Part shown: positions 19,406 to 28,077 of the stretch, piece by piece | How positions within the stretch are numbered: the first letter of the stretch is position 1 | How the letters are laid out: each line of letters opens with the position of its first letter | From: a virus | Taxonomy: Duplodnaviria > Caudoviricetes | DNA length: 64,000 nt | Virus record (IMG/VR): IMGVR_UViG_3300048583_000056 | Span: 1,245-65,244 of that record | Strand: one strand, 5' to 3' | Made by a program: the position numbers and the translations under genes | Notes under the pieces: generated by a model | The model's database searches: none | Told to the model about the DNA's origin: nothing | What the model saw: only the letters and a program-made list of their open reading frames with translations

Positions 19406-19654
19406 ATGACGATACAGGAAGCTTATTTGAGGGGTCTCGATGATAGCGAGGCCATAACTATCAAGATTTTGACACAATTAGTCAAAAACGAACCATTGGA
19501 TACATACAATAATCCAAATTTAGAAGCTCTCAAGAACGCTCTCAAGATACAACTTGATTACATTAATGGATTAGCTAATAATCCTAAGAGCAATATTGCG
19601 AGATTTGCCAGAAAAGAGATAACAAATTCACTGGCACTCATTGACAATCCATAA
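19406..19654 (+). CDS. Hypothetical protein
   Basis: 82-aa ORF in operon. Confidence 0.6.
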   Translation: MTIQEAYLRGLDDSEAITIKILTQLVKNEPLDTYNNPNLEALKNALKIQLDYINGLANNPKSNIARFARKEITNSLALIDNP

Positions 19655-19668
19655 TTTTATGGTAAATT
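19641..19668 (+). promoter_or_regulatory. Sigma70-type early promoter
   Basis: TTGACA-16 bp (ending TGG)-TAAATT. Confidence 0.65.
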
Positions 19669-19677
19669 TATTCACAT

Positions 19678-20019
19678 ATGAAAGAAAAGCACGTAGCTAT
19701 AATCGATCACGTAGGTCGTAACATCATCGGAAAAGTAATCTCTGAAACAGAGACAACGATTTCTATCGAGAATCCAGTTATTCTCCATTGTCAACCACAA
19801 CAAAACGGTCAACTGGAAGTCCAAACTTTCCCAGTATTCTTTTTCGAGTTTATTGACAAGGCATTTCGCAACACAAATATTTGGACCTATACAAAGGCAA
19901 ATATTATTACATCTGAAGTTGTTCTAGATGAGCGTATTCTTTCTCAATACGAGAAGATTAATGTAGCGCCCGAAGAACCGAAGAAAAATGCGAAAGTAAT
20001 CTCTATTGACGATCTGTGA
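19678..20019 (+). CDS. Possible Sm-like fold protein
   Basis: G.NIIGKV.......I.IENP pattern resembles phage Sm-like proteins. Confidence 0.45.
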   Translation: MKEKHVAIIDHVGRNIIGKVISETETTISIENPVILHCQPQQNGQLEVQTFPVFFFEFIDKAFRNTNIWTYTKANIITSEVVLDERILSQYEKINVAPEEPKKNAKVISIDDL

Positions 20020-20021
20020 TC

Positions 20022-20177
20022 ATGTATAAAGACACCTTGGAGCGATTGGAGGCACATACGATCATTTTAGAGAGATTGAGAAGACTCTATGAAAATGAAA
20101 CCAGATCGGTAATGTTTAAATTCATCGAAGAATTAGAAAAACATATTATTAAAGAATTTAAGTTGAATGACACCTGA
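20022..20177 (+). CDS. Small hypothetical protein (51 aa)
   Basis: Manual translation MYKDTLERLEAHTIILERLRRLY...; fills gap. Confidence 0.55.
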   Translation: MYKDTLERLEAHTIILERLRRLYENETRSVMFKFIEELEKHIIKEFKLNDT

Positions 20178-20373
20178 AAATTTTACATACTGGTTACAGG
20201 GATACTTTGAGATCTCTGGGACAAAGACTCTAGATGTTAGAGAAGTTCAGATCATTAAAGATCATTTAGATTTGGTCTTTAAAAAAGTTACACCTGATGC
20301 CCCAAAAGAAGAGTTGGGATGGCAACTATTAGACACTAAGTTTACAGGAAGTTCTTCATTACTACTTTGTTAA
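20167..20373 (+). CDS. Small phage protein (MTPENFxYWLQGYFE type)
   Basis: WLQGYFE...IIKDHLDLVF motif. Confidence 0.7.
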   Translation: MTPENFTYWLQGYFEISGTKTLDVREVQIIKDHLDLVFKKVTPDAPKEELGWQLLDTKFTGSSSLLLC

Positions 20374-21593
20374 TTATGGATAAAGATATTCTAGCAGCAT
20401 TAAATGTGATTGACGAGATCAATCCATACGCATCATTTTTGAATGAGTCAACATTGTCTCATATTGATGGTTATATCGACACTGGAAGTATGGTTTTAAA
20501 CGCCATTATTTCTGGATCATGTCATGGTGGAGTTCCAAAAGGACGATTAACTCAATTCGCTGGACCATCACAGACATTCAAATCTGGGTTCATTCAACAG
20601 ATCCTAGCAAATGCTCAAAAAGATGGACTAACTGTAGTCATTTTTGATAGTGAAAATGCTATTGATGAAGTTGGCGCAGCAAATTTGGGTCTTGATACAA
20701 GCAAAGTTAAGCACGTTCCGACCACAACTCTTGAAGGTTGTCGAAATGAAATCTATAAGTTCCTAACAAAGGTCAAAGAAAAGGGTCTTGAAGGTAAATT
20801 TATCATCGCTATTGACTCTATTGCGAACATGCATTCCGAGATGGAACTAACTCGTATGGACAAAGAGAGCACATCTGCGGATATGGGATCTTTTGCCAAG
20901 GCGGTTAAGAGCTTACTCAAGCTTTGCACCAACATGTCAACTCTAACTAAGACTACTATTATCATGTCCAATCACGTTCATGATAACCCAGCACAGATGT
21001 TTCCTTCGATTGAACAGAACATCTCTGGTGGCAAAGCTGCATACTACCTCCCTACGGTGACTGTGCAGCTTGCTAGGAAGCTTGTAGCTGACGATGACGG
21101 TAAAACTCTCGACTCTAAGCTTGCGGTCGGTCAGAAGAAGTATTCTGGCGTTGTTATTCGTGCGCTCACAACTAAAAATCGTATCATTCAACAGTATTTG
21201 GAAGGTGAGATGTATCTTTCCTTCTCAAAGGGACTCCATAAGTATTATGGTCTATTAGAAATCATGCGAGGAATGGGTGTTATCACCAACAAAGGTTCAA
21301 TCTATTACGATTGGAATGATAATAAACTCGGTTTCCAAAAAGCATTCCGAAATGATACTGATCTTTGGGAGAATACTCTGATCCCAGAACTAGAAAAACG
21401 TATCAAGAGAGAGTGGTCTTATGGCAACGACAAACATCTAGAGGCACCCGAAGAGGACGAGTTGGTCGAAGACGAGTTGGATGAACCAGAATTAGTTCAG
21501 GTTAATCTTGTGCCCACAGCTTTAGATAAACTCAAAGAGTTGAAGGCTAAAGTTTCTAGTAAACTCGATTCTATTAACGCTGACGCTGAGTAA
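20367..21593 (+). CDS. uvsX: UvsX recombinase (RecA-like)
   Basis: DTGSMVLN, GPSQTFKS, FDSENA, IDSI, SGG, KNR. Confidence 0.93.
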   Translation: MLIMDKDILAALNVIDEINPYASFLNESTLSHIDGYIDTGSMVLNAIISGSCHGGVPKGRLTQFAGPSQTFKSGFIQQILANAQKDGLTVVIFDSENAIDEVGAANLGLDTSKVKHVPTTTLEGCRNEIYKFLTKVKEKGLEGKFIIAIDSIANMHSEMELTRMDKESTSADMGSFAKAVKSLLKLCTNMSTLTKTTIIMSNHVHDNPAQMFPSIEQNISGGKAAYYLPTVTVQLARKLVADDDGKTLDSKLAVGQKKYSGVVIRALTTKNRIIQQYLEGEMYLSFSKGLHKYYGLLEIMRGMGVITNKGSIYYDWNDNKLGFQKAFRNDTDLWENTLIPELEKRIKREWSYGNDKHLEAPEEDELVEDELDEPELVQVNLVPTALDKLKELKAKVSSKLDSINADAE

Positions 21594-22014
21594 AATCTAA
21601 TGCACTTGGAGGTAATCCCGTTTCCCTAGCTTTACCCAAAGCTCTGTTTCCTCTTTGGGCTAGAGTTCTGGTGACATAAGTTCTAACCATATCTTCATTA
21701 GTCATGGCATCGATGAGTTCATTCTTGTCGATGCTATTTTGGTGTCGTATTAAGAAGTCTCTAATAAATCCTTTGATATTGTCGGTCCTTAAACGTTTTT
21801 TCTCTGCACTTTCTTGCTCAGTTTTCACTTCTTCTGGTAAGTTTAGCCATATATACTCCCAAGCCGCAAATGTTGCAGCATTAGTTTCCCCATATTTACG
21901 CATATACCCTAATAGTATAGCATATGCACTATTCATAGTTTGATCGTGTCTAAACCCTGTTACAGGTCTAGCCATTTCAGACATTAATTGTCTATATGTC
22001 TCATCAAATTCCAT
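21574..22014 (-). CDS. Putative internal head protein (paralogue of adjacent gene)
   Basis: Leader MEFDETYRQLMSE-MARP. Confidence 0.65.
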   Translation of the reverse strand: MEFDETYRQLMSEMARPVTGFRHDQTMNSAYAILLGYMRKYGETNAATFAAWEYIWLNLPEEVKTEQESAEKKRLRTDNIKGFIRDFLIRHQNSIDKNELIDAMTNEDMVRTYVTRTLAQRGNRALGKARETGLPPSALDFTQRQR

Positions 22015-23393
22015 TATACTGACCAGTAAGAATATTTGTCTGCTTTTTTAAAGCCTCTATCCACAAATTCACCCAAAGGTTTACCGAATTTAGAATCCTT
22101 GGCGACTTGTTCTTCCATATAAGATAAGACCGATTCTTGTTGGACCGGAGTATCTTTTTCTGGGACTTTGAATTCTCTAGTATTGGGGACATTTTTATTT
22201 TTTAAATATGCATTCAATTTTGCTTTTTCTTCTTCTGGGGAAACATATGTCCCTTTAAGTTGAGCCATTTTATTAGCAAAATCATCCTCATGTTTTTCGT
22301 TGAGTTTTCGGTCAAGTTCTTCTCTCCATCTCCTATGGGAAAGTAACCAATCCGAAAACATTTGTTGTTGTTCTGGGGTTTGTAGAACCTGTTTTACAAC
22401 ATCTTCATCATAACCTTCAAATTTATTTGCGTCTTCGACAGATTGATACATATCTTCCACATTAGAAGATTGTAGTTGTGATAAAATATAGTCAAATAAT
22501 TTACCCAAAGCAGGTGGAGTGGATGGATGTTGCTTGATGTTGTTCACAAGCTTAACAAAACCTTCCATAGTTTGACCAGAACCAGCATCAATTTTTTGTT
22601 CTATTAGGTTAATAAGTAGACCGACAGATGCCTCAAATGCTTTATCGGAAATACCCTTAAGCGTTTGTTTGAGATTGTTGGAAGGATCTTTAGTTGCAAA
22701 TAAACTTTGCTCTGAATTATCATCTAATTCACCAGAATCTCTCATTTTCGATCTTAGTGTAGAAATTTGCCCGAGAACATTAGAGATGTCGATAGCAGTT
22801 TGAACGTTTGGGTCAACTGCTTCGGTTTCTGGTTTCGCATTATATCTACTAGCATCTCCAAGACGACTTCTAGAGCCTTTTCTAGCCCCCATAATTTTAT
22901 TCATCTTTATAATTAGATCGCCGATACTTTTTTTAGTGTCGAGATAATCATTATGATCAACTCCAGTGATTTCTTTATATTCTCTGTCTCTGCCAGTAGC
23001 TCTATTGCTATTAGAGATGATTTTTTTTAATCTTAAAAAATCATCTATTTTTTCTTCGTTGGACATCTCTTGCACCAAAGGTCCAAAATCAAACCCCCCT
23101 CTAGCCAATTTCTTCATCAAATCTCGAATATAGACACCGAATGGCGTTCTTCCTTTTTTAGAAGCGTCGAATTCCTTCTGCATTTCTTCTGGTAATTGAT
23201 CATACAAAAGACTCATAACATAATGAAATCCCAATACGTCTATACCTGCCGAATTTGTTATACCTGTTTTAGCTCTTAAAATTTTTCTAAGTGGACCCCA
23301 CCCAATATCTGCTTGAGGTGTTTGAAAAATAGAAATTGGCTTTGCCATTTCGGTCAAAACTTCCTGACGCTCAACAAAATAATCAAAATTCAT
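22014..23393 (-). CDS. Putative internal head protein
   Basis: Leader MNFDYFVERQEVLTE-MAKP; TAAATA 5 nt upstream. Confidence 0.7.
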   Translation of the reverse strand: MNFDYFVERQEVLTEMAKPISIFQTPQADIGWGPLRKILRAKTGITNSAGIDVLGFHYVMSLLYDQLPEEMQKEFDASKKGRTPFGVYIRDLMKKLARGGFDFGPLVQEMSNEEKIDDFLRLKKIISNSNRATGRDREYKEITGVDHNDYLDTKKSIGDLIIKMNKIMGARKGSRSRLGDASRYNAKPETEAVDPNVQTAIDISNVLGQISTLRSKMRDSGELDDNSEQSLFATKDPSNNLKQTLKGISDKAFEASVGLLINLIEQKIDAGSGQTMEGFVKLVNNIKQHPSTPPALGKLFDYILSQLQSSNVEDMYQSVEDANKFEGYDEDVVKQVLQTPEQQQMFSDWLLSHRRWREELDRKLNEKHEDDFANKMAQLKGTYVSPEEEKAKLNAYLKNKNVPNTREFKVPEKDTPVQQESVLSYMEEQVAKDSKFGKPLGEFVDRGFKKADKYSYWSV

Positions 23394-23401
23394 ACTATTA
23401 T

Positions 23402-24133
23402 TTAGCTATTTCGCGTCCAAATGACTTCTGTAGAACGTTTTCTACCTTTCCCAATACCTTTTAGCTCACATAGATCCTCAAACGGCAACCATTCAGCACC
23501 TTTACTCTCACAAACAATCGTTTGACCATTCCTAGTTTGACACCATTCCCCCAAATCGTCGTAGTTGATGAACTTATTCGATTTTCTATACCATTTACCT
23601 TCTTTGATATATGGTGGATCGATGAACCAAGTTGCTGGTGTGTCATTATGTCTTTCAGAATTTTCCCAAGATTCGTGATAAACTTTCCAGTGACCTATCT
23701 TGGCCACAGTTTTAGCCAATCTGATTCTGCAATCAGTTCCCCAGAAATTCATAGTAAGATTTGGCCATTCTCTTTTTTCTGTGGCCCACTTAGACAATCT
23801 TTTATTTGGATTTTGTTTAGCAGAAGCCATCCAATAACCAATAGCCCACTTTGCTTCTTGGCACAAATCATAGTCGTCTACATTTTTATCTGGTGGGATC
23901 AGTGGGAGATTCATAATATCTTCTGGTTCGGATTTGATTAAGAAATCCAAAACCCCAGCAATAATTTCATCTTTTTCATACAGGATAACTTGTTTATGTG
24001 GATAAAGACAAGCATAACCAGCAGCACCAGCGAAAGGTTCTATGATTGTGTCATGAATTGGTTTGGGATATTTGGGAGCTATTCTGGCTTTGCTTCCGAA
24101 AAATCCGAATAAAACTGTTTCTACTTTCGCCAT
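23402..24133 (-). CDS. DNA amino-methyltransferase (D12/Dam-like N6-adenine class)
   Basis: FFGSK, EPFAGAAG SAM motif, FIDPPY catalytic motif. Confidence 0.85.
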   Translation of the reverse strand: MAKVETVLFGFFGSKARIAPKYPKPIHDTIIEPFAGAAGYACLYPHKQVILYEKDEIIAGVLDFLIKSEPEDIMNLPLIPPDKNVDDYDLCQEAKWAIGYWMASAKQNPNKRLSKWATEKREWPNLTMNFWGTDCRIRLAKTVAKIGHWKVYHESWENSERHNDTPATWFIDPPYIKEGKWYRKSNKFINYDDLGEWCQTRNGQTIVCESKGAEWLPFEDLCELKGIGKGRKRSTEVIWTRNS

Positions 24134-24156
24134 AGCTTTTATTTACTGTGAAGTTC

Positions 24157-24184
24157 TTGACTTTCAAGTGTCTGGTGCTACCAT
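24157..24184 (+). promoter_or_regulatory. Sigma70-type early promoter
   Basis: TTGACT-16 bp (ending TGC)-TACCAT, 6 nt before ATG 24191. Confidence 0.65.
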
Positions 24185-24190
24185 TCGGGA

Positions 24191-24886
24191 ATGGAAATCA
24201 AAAAACCGAGGGTATTTTCAGCGACTCAAAATTTAATCCCATCAAAAACACTATTGGGCGGATACAAAGATTGGCAAACATTTTCTAGAGTTCCTTGGGG
24301 AGAGGGACACTTTGTATTCGAGGTTGGAAATAATAGATCTTTGCCAGTAGTCTATAACGAAGCAATAGAACAAGCACTTAGTGATAATGTTGACTGTCTT
24401 ATTTTAGTTCATGATGATGTGATTCTAGAAGAAGATCCAATTCCTAAACTTGAACAGTTGTTTGATGGTTATGATTTGATTGGTGTGGCTGGCCCATCTA
24501 AAATAGAAATCGGAAGTCCCGCTTTATGGCATATCATGGGTGGTGGATTTCATGGCGGAACTTTACATGGTAAAGTCAATCATTTGGATGCGTTGTATGG
24601 ACCACAACCAACTTATTTTGGACCATATCCCAATAGAGTAGTAATGATTGATGGGGTTTTCATGGCTTTAAGTAGAAAGCTCTTGGAGAGCGGAGTTCGC
24701 TTCGATGAAAACATCCCTTCAAAATTTCACTTTTATGATCTTGACTTTTCCCTATCAGTAGCGCAAACTGAGAACCTCAAAGTTGGTGTTGGTGATATCT
24801 TAATCACTCACGCATCACCCGGCCTTAGAGAATTTACCCCTGAGTGGCTCGCAGGAGAACAATACTTTATTTTAAAATATTCATAA
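24191..24886 (+). CDS. GT-A-fold glycosyltransferase
   Basis: VYNEAI, VHDDV, IGVAG, IDGVFMA, FHFYDLDFS, H.SPG. Confidence 0.82.
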   Translation: MEIKKPRVFSATQNLIPSKTLLGGYKDWQTFSRVPWGEGHFVFEVGNNRSLPVVYNEAIEQALSDNVDCLILVHDDVILEEDPIPKLEQLFDGYDLIGVAGPSKIEIGSPALWHIMGGGFHGGTLHGKVNHLDALYGPQPTYFGPYPNRVVMIDGVFMALSRKLLESGVRFDENIPSKFHFYDLDFSLSVAQTENLKVGVGDILITHASPGLREFTPEWLAGEQYFILKYS

Positions 24887-24889
24887 TAC

Positions 24890-26212
24890 ATGGTTCTAGA
24901 TCTCGATGAGTATGAGAAAGTGATAGCATACAAGGCTATGACCGACTCTGAATATCTCAGCACTATTGCTGATTATATAAAGCCTGATTATTTTGAGAAC
25001 CAGAATATTGCCGAGTATTTTAAAATTGTTTTAGAGTTTTACGACAAGAGAAAAAAACTGCCAACTATGGCAGAGGTTAAGACTTATTTAAACTCAGATA
25101 TTCTTAAATCCAACTTCATTAAGTTGGTTAAATCATTCAAAGAATTTGATCAGGAATTTGATAAGGATGAATTGTATGCAAATACAGAGAAATTCTTAAA
25201 AGAAAGAGCGGCATTTGTAGAAATGTCGAAGATCTATGAGGATGTTGAGAACAAACTCAAAGATCCTCAGTCTGTTTTAGATGCATTTGATAGCATTTGT
25301 AAGATTAATCTGATCACTGATAATGGTATCGAACTCTTCAAAGATAAAGATAAGATCATTGACGACATTCTTAATGTTGAAAGTTATATATCCTCTGGGT
25401 GGAAATGGTTTGACGATGCGACTGGTGGTGGATTTATAGCAAATGGCAAAGCTTTGTATTTGTTGGGTGGACAAGCCAACATCGGTAAGAGCATCTTCTT
25501 GGGCAACATAGCAGTAAACATCGCCAAACAGGGTAAGAGCGTCCTTGTGATCTCGCTGGAGATGTCTGAGATGGTTTATGCGAAGAGAATGTGTTCGAAC
25601 ATAACCAAGATCCCGCTGAGAGATTTTAAATTCAACACCCACCCGCTTAGAAGTTTGTTAGTTGATGAAGAAGAGGAAAATCCAGAGGGTAAAGTTTATA
25701 TTAAAGAGTTCCCACCTTCCACAATGTCTCCAAAACAAATCGAGGCATTCATTAAAAAACTTATCAATTCTGGAATTACACTAGATGCAATAATCGTTGA
25801 TTATATCGGATTATTAACCACAACTTTTGGAGCGAACTCATATGAAAGAGGAAAATATATTTGCGAACAAGTCAGGGCATGGTCTTATCCACAAATATTT
25901 GGTATTCCTGTCATATCAGCATTCCAATTGAATAGATCGGGTTATGGTAAAGATAATCCCGGAATGGAAACCGCCTCTGAAAGTATTGGTGTCATGCAGA
26001 CTGGTGATGTTGGTGTATCTATCTTCCAAAGTGAAGAGGACAAGGAATTGGGTATTATCAAATTAGGTATGATGCGAAATAGATATGGACCTATGGGAAT
26101 GGTTCAGTCGATGAAAATTGAATACGATACACTATCCATCGTTCAAAGTGATGAAGATGAAGAAGTGATGGGTGATTCGGAGATGGGATTATTGGAAAGG
26201 TTAGCAAGTTAA
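24890..26212 (+). CDS. gp41: Replicative helicase gp41 (DnaB-like)
   Basis: GQANIGKS, ISLEMSE, IKEFP, VDYI, QLNRSG, SES, RNRYG. Confidence 0.93.
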   Translation: MVLDLDEYEKVIAYKAMTDSEYLSTIADYIKPDYFENQNIAEYFKIVLEFYDKRKKLPTMAEVKTYLNSDILKSNFIKLVKSFKEFDQEFDKDELYANTEKFLKERAAFVEMSKIYEDVENKLKDPQSVLDAFDSICKINLITDNGIELFKDKDKIIDDILNVESYISSGWKWFDDATGGGFIANGKALYLLGGQANIGKSIFLGNIAVNIAKQGKSVLVISLEMSEMVYAKRMCSNITKIPLRDFKFNTHPLRSLLVDEEEENPEGKVYIKEFPPSTMSPKQIEAFIKKLINSGITLDAIIVDYIGLLTTTFGANSYERGKYICEQVRAWSYPQIFGIPVISAFQLNRSGYGKDNPGMETASESIGVMQTGDVGVSIFQSEEDKELGIIKLGMMRNRYGPMGMVQSMKIEYDTLSIVQSDEDEEVMGDSEMGLLERLAS

Positions 26213-26213
26213 T

Positions 26214-26963
26214 ATGAAATGGTTACTACAAAACAATATCTGGAACGAATATGGATATCATAAATTCGAAGAATCCATAATAAGCGAAGGAATTGATCAT
26301 GAATTTGTTCATCTTATTCCTTTTACTGAGAACTTTACGAAGGAAATTGACTTTACACCGACTCATATATTTGGGTCTGGTAGATTTGTGAACGTTTGTA
26401 GAAAATTGGGATATCCAACATACAAATCTTTCGATCCCATCGAGACATTTTACCCAAAAGAACTATGGATTAATGGCGAAGGTGAGGATATCAAGTGGGG
26501 AGATCTCCCAAATTACGATTATAGCATTCCAAAATTCGTAAAACCATATACTGAAAAGTTTTTCACTGGCAGATTGATAGAATCCGTAAAGGATTTGGAT
26601 AAAGTTCAATTAGCATCTTCATTTATCACGAATGACGAAGAAGAATTGGTGAGAATTTCCGATGCTGTCAATATTCAACACGAAGTTAGGTTCTATGTCA
26701 TAGGTGGGAAGGTCATAACTGGCTCATACTATAGAGTAAATGGCCAAGTATCACACTTAGCATGTCCATGTTACGAACAACCACACATCGTATGTGAAGA
26801 AATTGTTCTAGAATATGGGAACATAGACGAAGCATTTGTAATGGATCTTGGAAAAGTTGGTGACGAGTGGAAAATCGTGGAGCTAAACAATCTAAATTCT
26901 TCTGGGTTATATGAATGTGACACCAATGCTATAGTAAGAGCGTTTAAACAGCTTGACAAATAA
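26214..26963 (+). CDS. ATP-grasp protein (R2K/DUF4343-like)
   Basis: FVKP..K.FTG, EVRFYV, AFVMD, IVELN..SSGLY. Confidence 0.8.
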   Translation: MKWLLQNNIWNEYGYHKFEESIISEGIDHEFVHLIPFTENFTKEIDFTPTHIFGSGRFVNVCRKLGYPTYKSFDPIETFYPKELWINGEGEDIKWGDLPNYDYSIPKFVKPYTEKFFTGRLIESVKDLDKVQLASSFITNDEEELVRISDAVNIQHEVRFYVIGGKVITGSYYRVNGQVSHLACPCYEQPHIVCEEIVLEYGNIDEAFVMDLGKVGDEWKIVELNNLNSSGLYECDTNAIVRAFKQLDK

Positions 26964-26977
26964 AAACATGGGTATTT

Positions 26978-27277
26978 ATGATAAGAATAAAAAAACAAGA
27001 AATGGCGTTGAAACATTTGGATGATTGTGGTTGGAAGGTCCACCCAGATTATTTACATTCCCATATAAAACAAGCGATGAGCGTGGTTAATTCCATTTAT
27101 TTGAAAGATGGATCTGATGAATTTTATCCGAAAGATAAAATTATGACATGTTTGAAATCTGCGTTAAAATATAAAACGTATAAAAATATGGAAAGGTATA
27201 TATCAGAATGTAAATGGTACATAGCTCATATATTCGATACTATTCCACCTGAATTGGTTCCCTATGAAAAAGATTAA
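26978..27277 (+). CDS. Hypothetical protein
   Basis: 99-aa ORF. Confidence 0.55.
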   Translation: MIRIKKQEMALKHLDDCGWKVHPDYLHSHIKQAMSVVNSIYLKDGSDEFYPKDKIMTCLKSALKYKTYKNMERYISECKWYIAHIFDTIPPELVPYEKD

Positions 27278-27350
27278 TAGGTTAACAACCGATTACATCC
27301 ATAAGTATGGATGTGGTTAGTAAAATATAATATATTTGTTAAATATATGA

Positions 27351-28076
27351 ATGAGTGAAAAGTTAAACGGGGCGGGGATTTATAAATTGACTTGTATTAT
27401 TAATGGCAAAATCTACATCGGTAAAACTGTTAACTTTAATAGAAGATTAAATCGACACAAAAATTCCTCAAATGATAAAGGAGATTCTCATTTAAAGAGA
27501 GCTATTATAAAATATGGTTGGGAGTCTTTTTATTGTGAAATTTTAGAAAGATTTGATAATTTTGACAAAGCTCTCGACAATACAAAACTTTTAGATAAAG
27601 AATCATATTATATTCAATTATTTGATTCCACGAATGTTGACAAAGGATACAACCTATGTAAATATTCCACAGATAGAACAGGAATACCTTGCTCAGAAGA
27701 GCACAAATCAAAAATTGGAAAATCTAATCTAGGAAAGAAACACACCGAAGAAGCAAAGAAAAAGATAAGTCAAACACATTTAGGTAAACCCAAATCAGAC
27801 AAACATAAAGAAAAAATAAGAATAGGGCGATTGGGTAAAAAACATTCTGAAGAGACAAAGAAAAAATTACAACAGTTGAGATTGAACAATCCTAGATCCA
27901 AAGAGTGTAATGAAGGAGTGAGGCAAAAATTATTGGGTAGAACATATTCGGAAGAAACAATAGAAAAAATGAAATTAGCTAGTAAGGGTAGGAATATGGG
28001 AAGAAAGCATACAGATGAGGCCAAGGAAAAAATGAAATTAGCTAAAATCAAGAACAAATGCAATTCATCAACTTAA
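27351..28076 (+). CDS. GIY-YIG homing endonuclease with NUMOD3 repeats
   Basis: GIYKLT..KIYIG, repeated GKKHSEETK; TAAATA 5 nt upstream. Confidence 0.9.
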   Translation: MSEKLNGAGIYKLTCIINGKIYIGKTVNFNRRLNRHKNSSNDKGDSHLKRAIIKYGWESFYCEILERFDNFDKALDNTKLLDKESYYIQLFDSTNVDKGYNLCKYSTDRTGIPCSEEHKSKIGKSNLGKKHTEEAKKKISQTHLGKPKSDKHKEKIRIGRLGKKHSEETKKKLQQLRLNNPRSKECNEGVRQKLLGRTYSEETIEKMKLASKGRNMGRKHTDEAKEKMKLAKIKNKCNSST

Positions 28077-28077
28077 C

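Noticed and set aside
23402-24886. Restriction-modification or other host defence island
   Set aside because: No cognate nuclease; the MTase is an orphan in phage core context.
16867-26212. Inteins in gp43, UvsX or gp41
   Set aside because: Normal lengths, contiguous motifs, no C...HN splice signatures.
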